A stretch of DNA of 64,000 nt from an uncultured Microbacterium sp. (GTDB taxonomy: Bacteria > Actinomycetota > Actinomycetes > Actinomycetales > Microbacteriaceae). The notes beneath the pieces are model-generated. The model was not told the DNA's origin and searched no databases. It saw only the letters and a program-made list of their open reading frames with translations. The translations under genes and the position numbers were made by a program. The DNA lies in NCBI RefSeq assembly GCF_963528945.1, contig NZ_CAURWX010000003.1, forward strand, positions 265,674 through 329,673, written 5' to 3'. Positions 59,730-64,000 of this stretch are shown piece after piece; within the stretch, counting starts at the first letter, position 1; every line of letters begins with the position of its first letter.

Positions 59730-59743
59730 TGAAATCGGTTTCA
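59730..59743. promoter_or_regulatory. LacI-type operator TGAAATCGGTTTCA
   Basis: One mismatch from the palindrome at 53530. Lies 61 nt upstream of the SBP start. Confidence 0.55.
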
Positions 59744-59827
59744 TCACCATAACTTCGCAGTCATGAGGGTGTCAAGGTGCAAATGGTTACGCAACCTTTT
59801 TGCGTCGTTCGTGGGCCCCCGCTTCTC

Positions 59828-59891
59828 GCGTGAAGGGTCACGAAGCGCCGCCTCCCCGGCATCCGACACGGCGTGTCTTGACCCCTCACGC
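59828..59891. repeat. hairpin repeat family D, copy 1
   Basis: GCGTGAAGGGTCACGAAGCGCCG-N18-CGGCGTGTCTTGACCCCTCACGC. Confidence 0.85.
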
Positions 59892-59935
59892 TGTGGAGGA
59901 CGGGAGGGCGGGGCGGGCGGCATACGCTGGAGGGC

Positions 59936-60265
59936 GTGCACCGCGTCTTCTCCTACGGCACCCTGCGTCAGCCCGAGGTGCAGCGTGCGCTGTACGGGCG
60001 CGAAGTCCCCACCACCGCAGATGCGCTGCCGGGCCATCGCCTCGACTGGGTGACGATCACCGACGCCGCGGTCATCGCGACGAGCGGGTCCGACCGGCAT
60101 CCGATCCTGCACCCCGGCGAGCCGACGGATGCGGTCGACGGCGCATACCTCGACCTCACCGACGCGGAGCTCGCCGCGACCGACGCGTACGAGGTCGCCG
60201 ACTACGCGCGCCGCGAGGTCACCCTCGCCTCCGGCGTCACGGCCTGGGTGTATCTCGCCGCCTGA
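59936..60265 (+). CDS. gamma-glutamylcyclotransferase (GGACT/AIG2-like) family protein
   Basis: 109 aa with the VFSYGTLR N-terminus (YGTL motif of the GGCT fold). GTG start preceded by TACGCT-N7. Confidence 0.65.
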   Translation: MHRVFSYGTLRQPEVQRALYGREVPTTADALPGHRLDWVTITDAAVIATSGSDRHPILHPGEPTDAVDGAYLDLTDAELAATDAYEVADYARREVTLASGVTAWVYLAA

Positions 60266-60318
60266 TCGCTCACGGCATGGGCGCCACGCGAGGCGAGCCC
60301 CCGAGCGCCCGCGCTTCC

Positions 60319-60382
60319 GCGCGAGGGGTCAGGAAACGCCGGGTGCGGGGGCTGCGATACGGCGTGTCTTGACCCCTCACGC
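60319..60382. repeat. hairpin repeat family D, copy 2
   Basis: The right arm is identical over 23 nt to copy 1. Left arm GCGCGAGGGGTCAGGAAACGCCG. 18-nt loop. Confidence 0.85.
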
Positions 60383-60409
60383 GGGGTAGGCACGGGCTGA
60401 GCGGGGGGG

Positions 60410-60850
60410 TCAGGCGAGCCAGGCGGGGGCGCGGCCGCGCAGCACCCCACGATCGACCGAGAACCGACCCGCACCGGCGAACGCGAGGGCCAGAGCGGCG
60501 GCACCGAGCAGGGCGACGAACTCGTAGCCGCCCTCCGCGACCCAGAGACCGGCGGGCAGGTGCACCAGCACGAGCGCCACGACCATGTCGACGGCGAGCA
60601 GGATGCCGGCGAGCCGGGTGAAGAGGCCGACCACGAGCATCCCTCCCCCGATCAGCTCGACGAAAGCGACCACGGGAGCGGCGATCTCGGGCAGCGGCAC
60701 GCCCATGCCCGCGAAGCTCTGCGTGGTGCCGGGCAGGGTGTACTCGAAAATCTTCTGCGCGCCGTGGGCGACGAAGATCGCGCCGACGACGACGCGGAGC
60801 ACGAGAAGCCCCCAGGAGGTGGCGGCGGACGGGGCGGAGGTCTTCGGCAT
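60410..60850 (-). CDS. DoxX family membrane protein
   Basis: 146 aa. LRVVVGAIFVAHGAQK and 4 TM helices are typical of DoxX. Confidence 0.8.
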   Translation of the reverse strand: MPKTSAPSAATSWGLLVLRVVVGAIFVAHGAQKIFEYTLPGTTQSFAGMGVPLPEIAAPVVAFVELIGGGMLVVGLFTRLAGILLAVDMVVALVLVHLPAGLWVAEGGYEFVALLGAAALALAFAGAGRFSVDRGVLRGRAPAWLA

Positions 60851-60946
60851 GAGGGGGCTTCCTTCGTGTCAGGACACGCGCCGGGCGCGGTGGGGGTTCC
60901 CACCTTCGACGCTAGGAAGCCCACCTATCCGTTCCCTGTGCGCGCC

Positions 60947-61100
60947 TCGCCCGCACAACTTCGGAGTGGCGACGCGACACGCCGGCGCATCCGCCTCATC
61001 GACGGCGCGTCGGATGCCGACTCCGAAGTTGCGCCGGGCGAACGGCGCGTCGGGGGCCGACTCCGAAGTTGCGCCGGGCGGACGGACGAACGGCGCGCCG
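60947..61100. repeat. composite repeat family E: one inverted plus two tandem ~40-nt units containing ACTCCGAAGTT
   Basis: Inverted unit at 60947-60970 (AACTTCGGAGT). Direct units at 61016-61055 and 61056-~61100 (GCCGACTCCGAAGTTGCGCCGGGCG...). Confidence 0.85.
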
Positions 61101-61109
61101 AGGGCCGAG

Positions 61110-61979
61110 TCAGCGGTTCGCGGCCACCACCTGCGCCACGGCCTCGCGCTGCGCGGGCGTCGGCTCGGCGATCGCCATGCGGCAGTAGGCGTCGACCACC
61201 TCGAGCACGCGGTACGCCTCTTTCATGCGGGCCATATCGCCGCCGATGAGCGACACCACGTCGTCGACCGCGGTCTGCGCGGCGGCGATCGCCTCGGCAT
61301 CACCCGAACGGCCGGCATCCGCCAGCGCGCGGAAGGGCTTCGGCGTCACCGACGAGACACCCGAGACCACACCCTGCGCTCCGGCCTCGACGGCGGCGAT
61401 CAGGTCACGGTCGGCACCGGTGTACAGGTCGAAGTCGGCGGGCACGACCGCGCGGTACGCGGCGATCTCGTCGAGCGACAGTTCGCTGACCTTCGCGCCG
61501 ACGATGTTCGGCAGCGCGGCCAGGCGCACGAGCAGCTCGGGCGACACCGTGTTGCCGCTGCGGGCGGGGTAGATGTAGACGTACAGGCGCCCGTCGCCGA
61601 CGGCATCCGACACGGCCTGGAAGTAGTCGAAGATCGCGTCATCGGTCGACTTGAGGTAGTACGGCGTGAGCGCCGCGAACTCGGTCGCCCCCAGGCCGCG
61701 GGCGATCTCGACCAGCCGAACGGCCTCGAAGGTGCTGGGCTGTCCGACGTGCACGATCACGCGCATGCGATCGGCGAGCTCGTCGATCGCGGCCGAGACC
61801 AGCGCCCGGAACTCGTCGGCGTCGACGGCGGGGAACTCCCCCGTGGTGCCGAGGATGAAGGCGCCCTCGTTGCCCGACTCGCCCACGAACCGGAAGATCG
61901 CGCGCGATCCCTCCAGGTCGAGGCTGCCGTCACGGTGGAACGCGGTCGGAACGGCGGTCAGGATGTCGTAGCGGGTCAC
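61110..61979 (-). CDS. dihydrodipicolinate synthase family (class I aldolase/lyase) protein
   Basis: 289 aa with ILGTTGEFPAV and NIVGAKVSE (Schiff-base Lys region). The GTG start overlaps the tctA stop (GTGA). Confidence 0.75.
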   Translation of the reverse strand: MTRYDILTAVPTAFHRDGSLDLEGSRAIFRFVGESGNEGAFILGTTGEFPAVDADEFRALVSAAIDELADRMRVIVHVGQPSTFEAVRLVEIARGLGATEFAALTPYYLKSTDDAIFDYFQAVSDAVGDGRLYVYIYPARSGNTVSPELLVRLAALPNIVGAKVSELSLDEIAAYRAVVPADFDLYTGADRDLIAAVEAGAQGVVSGVSSVTPKPFRALADAGRSGDAEAIAAAQTAVDDVVSLIGGDMARMKEAYRVLEVVDAYCRMAIAEPTPAQREAVAQVVAANR

Positions 61980-63631
61980 TTCTCGTTCTCCTCGGAGTTC
62001 TTGCGGGCCTTGCGCCGCGCACGGGGGGATGTGTCGACGTTGCGCACGGTCGACGTGAGCAGGTCGGGGGTGGCGGCGAGCTCGTCGTGGGCCTTCGCGA
62101 TCTGGGCGCGGCTCTCGTCGTCGAGGATGGAGTCCTCGAGCGAGGCGCGCTCGCCCCGCGGCTTACGTGCCGCGCGGATCGCCGGCATGACGATCGACAG
62201 CGCCGCGAGGGCGAGCAGCACGATCGCGATCGGGCTGACGACCTCGAAGAACGGCCGGGTCGGCAGGATGGCGAGGGTACGGGCGAGGTTCTCCTCGGCG
62301 AGGGGGCCGAGGAGCAGGCCGAGCACGACCGGCCCCGCGGGCACCTGCAGGCGCTTCAGCAGCACGCCCACCACACCGAACACGAGCATGGTGACGACGG
62401 TCGACAGGCTGTTCGACGTCGCGTACGTGCCGATGATGCAGAAGATCAGGATGCCGCTCCACAGGTACGGCTGCGGCACGTCGAGCAGCTTCACCATGCC
62501 CTTCATGCGCACCAGGCTGAGGATCAGCGACAGGATCGTCGCGATGAGCATGATGCCGACGATCGAGACGACGAGGTCGGGGCGGTTGGTGAAGAGGGTC
62601 GGGCCAGGGGTGATGCCCCAGATGATCATCGAGCCGATCATCACCGCCATGACGGAGTCGCCGGGGATGCCGAGCGCCATCGTGGTCGTGAGCGATCCGC
62701 CGAGCGTGGCGCTGGAGGCGGTGTCGCTCGCGGCGACTCCCTCGATCGAGCCCTTGCCGAACATCTCGGGCTTCTTCGAGACCTTGCGGGCCCGCTCCCA
62801 GCCGATGAGTCCGGCGATGTCGCCGCCCGCCGCGGGGATGAGGCCGACGCCGAGGCCGACCGCACCACCGACTGCGGTCGCGCGTCCGGACTGCTTCAGC
62901 TCCGACCGGTTCGGGAACCAGCGGCCGAGGCTCGAGATGGGTCGCACATTCGACTTCCGGTACGTCAGCAGCTGGTCGAACAGTTCGGCGATGCCGAAGA
63001 GACCGATGATGACGGCGATGAAGTTGACGCCCTCGACGAGCTCGAGAACGCCGAACGTGAAGCGCTGGTCGGCGGTCGCGGCGTAGGTGCCGACGCTGCC
63101 GAGCATGAGACCGAAGAGCCCGGCGAGGATGCCCTTGAGCATCGACTTCGACGAGATGCCGATCATGATGGCGATGCCGAACACGACGAGGGCGAAGAGC
63201 TCGGGCGACTTGAAGTAGTCGCGGGCGAAGCTGGCGATCGGCACGGCGGCGACGGCGAACAGCACGAGCGACGCGAGGATGCCGACGGCCGACACGATCG
63301 CCGAGATCGTGAGCGCGAGGCCCGCCCTGCCCTGCTTCGCCATGGGGTACCCGTCGAGGGTCGTGGCGATGGAGGCCGGGGTGCCGGGGGTGTTGATGAG
63401 GATCGACGGCACCCGGTCGCCGAAGTTCGCGGCGACGTAGATGGTCAGCAGCACGGCGAGGCCCTGCACGGGCTCGAGGGTCATCGTGAACCCGGCGGCG
63501 AGCGCGACGGCCATCGTCGCGGTGATGCCGGGGAAGGCGCCGACCATGAAGCCGAGCACGAGGCCGACGAGCATGTACAGCAGGATCGAGATGTCGAGGA
63601 GCGAGTTCAGCCCCTCCATGAGTGCGTTCAC
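61976..63631 (-). CDS. tctA: tripartite tricarboxylate transporter large permease with a ~60-aa charged C-terminal tail
   Basis: 551 aa with the FPGITATMAVAL and INTPGTPASIATTLDGYPMAKQG motifs typical of TctA. Confidence 0.85.
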   Translation of the reverse strand: MNALMEGLNSLLDISILLYMLVGLVLGFMVGAFPGITATMAVALAAGFTMTLEPVQGLAVLLTIYVAANFGDRVPSILINTPGTPASIATTLDGYPMAKQGRAGLALTISAIVSAVGILASLVLFAVAAVPIASFARDYFKSPELFALVVFGIAIMIGISSKSMLKGILAGLFGLMLGSVGTYAATADQRFTFGVLELVEGVNFIAVIIGLFGIAELFDQLLTYRKSNVRPISSLGRWFPNRSELKQSGRATAVGGAVGLGVGLIPAAGGDIAGLIGWERARKVSKKPEMFGKGSIEGVAASDTASSATLGGSLTTTMALGIPGDSVMAVMIGSMIIWGITPGPTLFTNRPDLVVSIVGIMLIATILSLILSLVRMKGMVKLLDVPQPYLWSGILIFCIIGTYATSNSLSTVVTMLVFGVVGVLLKRLQVPAGPVVLGLLLGPLAEENLARTLAILPTRPFFEVVSPIAIVLLALAALSIVMPAIRAARKPRGERASLEDSILDDESRAQIAKAHDELAATPDLLTSTVRNVDTSPRARRKARKNSEENEK

Positions 63632-64000
63632 AGCGGAATCCTCAGGAGCATGCCGAACACGACGTAGACGAACGCCGTGACGAGGACGGAGTAGATGACG
63701 AGGCTCAGCCAGCGGCGGTGACCGTAGAGGAGCATGAGGGCGGCCATCAGGAGGGCCGCCGCGATCGGGAACACCTCGATGCGGTACCCGAAGAGGATGA
63801 CGGTGCCGAGCGACCAGAGTGCGATGAAGGCGCCGGTGATCGCGAGCGTGGCGAGCACGCGCACGTAGCCGCCGGGCTGGATGCGCTCGAGGTCCTCCCG
63901 GCCCGGGGCGGGGCGGGTGAGGGCCATGGCGAGGATCGCGATCGCGATCACCACGGCGGTCACGCCGATGACGGTCGGCCAGAACCGGGCGTCGATCTGC
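63628..64000 (-). CDS. tctB: tripartite tricarboxylate transporter small permease (TctB family), 5' end outside the window
   Basis: Hydrophobic 4-TM-type ORF with a 4-nt overlap with tctA. The frame stays open to the window edge (…ARFWPTVIGVTAVV…). Confidence 0.6.
   Translation of the reverse strand, partial: QIDARFWPTVIGVTAVVIAIAILAMALTRPAPGREDLERIQPGGYVRVLATLAITGAFIALWSLGTVILFGYRIEVFPIAAALLMAALMLLYGHRRWLSLVIYSVLVTAFVYVVFGMLLRIPL

Overview
This 64-kb window is about 70% GC and looks like an actinobacterial (Microbacteriaceae-like) chromosomal segment. I call 63 protein-coding genes. They include heme biosynthesis (hemE-hemY divergent from hemA), glyQS, mntH/mntR, anmK, pyrE, xthA, clpB and coaBC. 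There are many transporters (POT, MFS x3, MATE, APC, BenE, ABC-2, TTT), a DesK/NarL-type two-component system, two GT4 glycosyltransferases, and a 12.9-kb unidirectional sugar-utilisation block with two ABC importers. I see no rRNA, tRNA, CRISPR array, transposase, integrase, phage structural genes or recognisable defence genes. I do not see a convincing novel multi-gene protein system. The most unusual signal is non-coding: five families of 55-85 nt hairpin repeats (13 elements) with conserved geometry. Four single genes (MFS, APC permease, GNAT, GGCT-like) are each flanked by two direct copies of the same repeat family, and family B shows a compensatory base-pair change. Other points worth a second look:
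- a membrane protein made of five in-frame 33-bp (11-aa) tandem repeats
- a clpB gene that lacks the N-terminal domain and sits behind a textbook HAIR (HspR) operator
- twin palindromes at mntH
- LacI-type operators in the sugar block
- a class A beta-lactamase-fold protein that appears to have lost its catalytic residues
- a TANNNT-N6/7-start (leaderless) layout at about 19 genes
All family assignments come from reading motifs in the translated ORFs. No database search was run.
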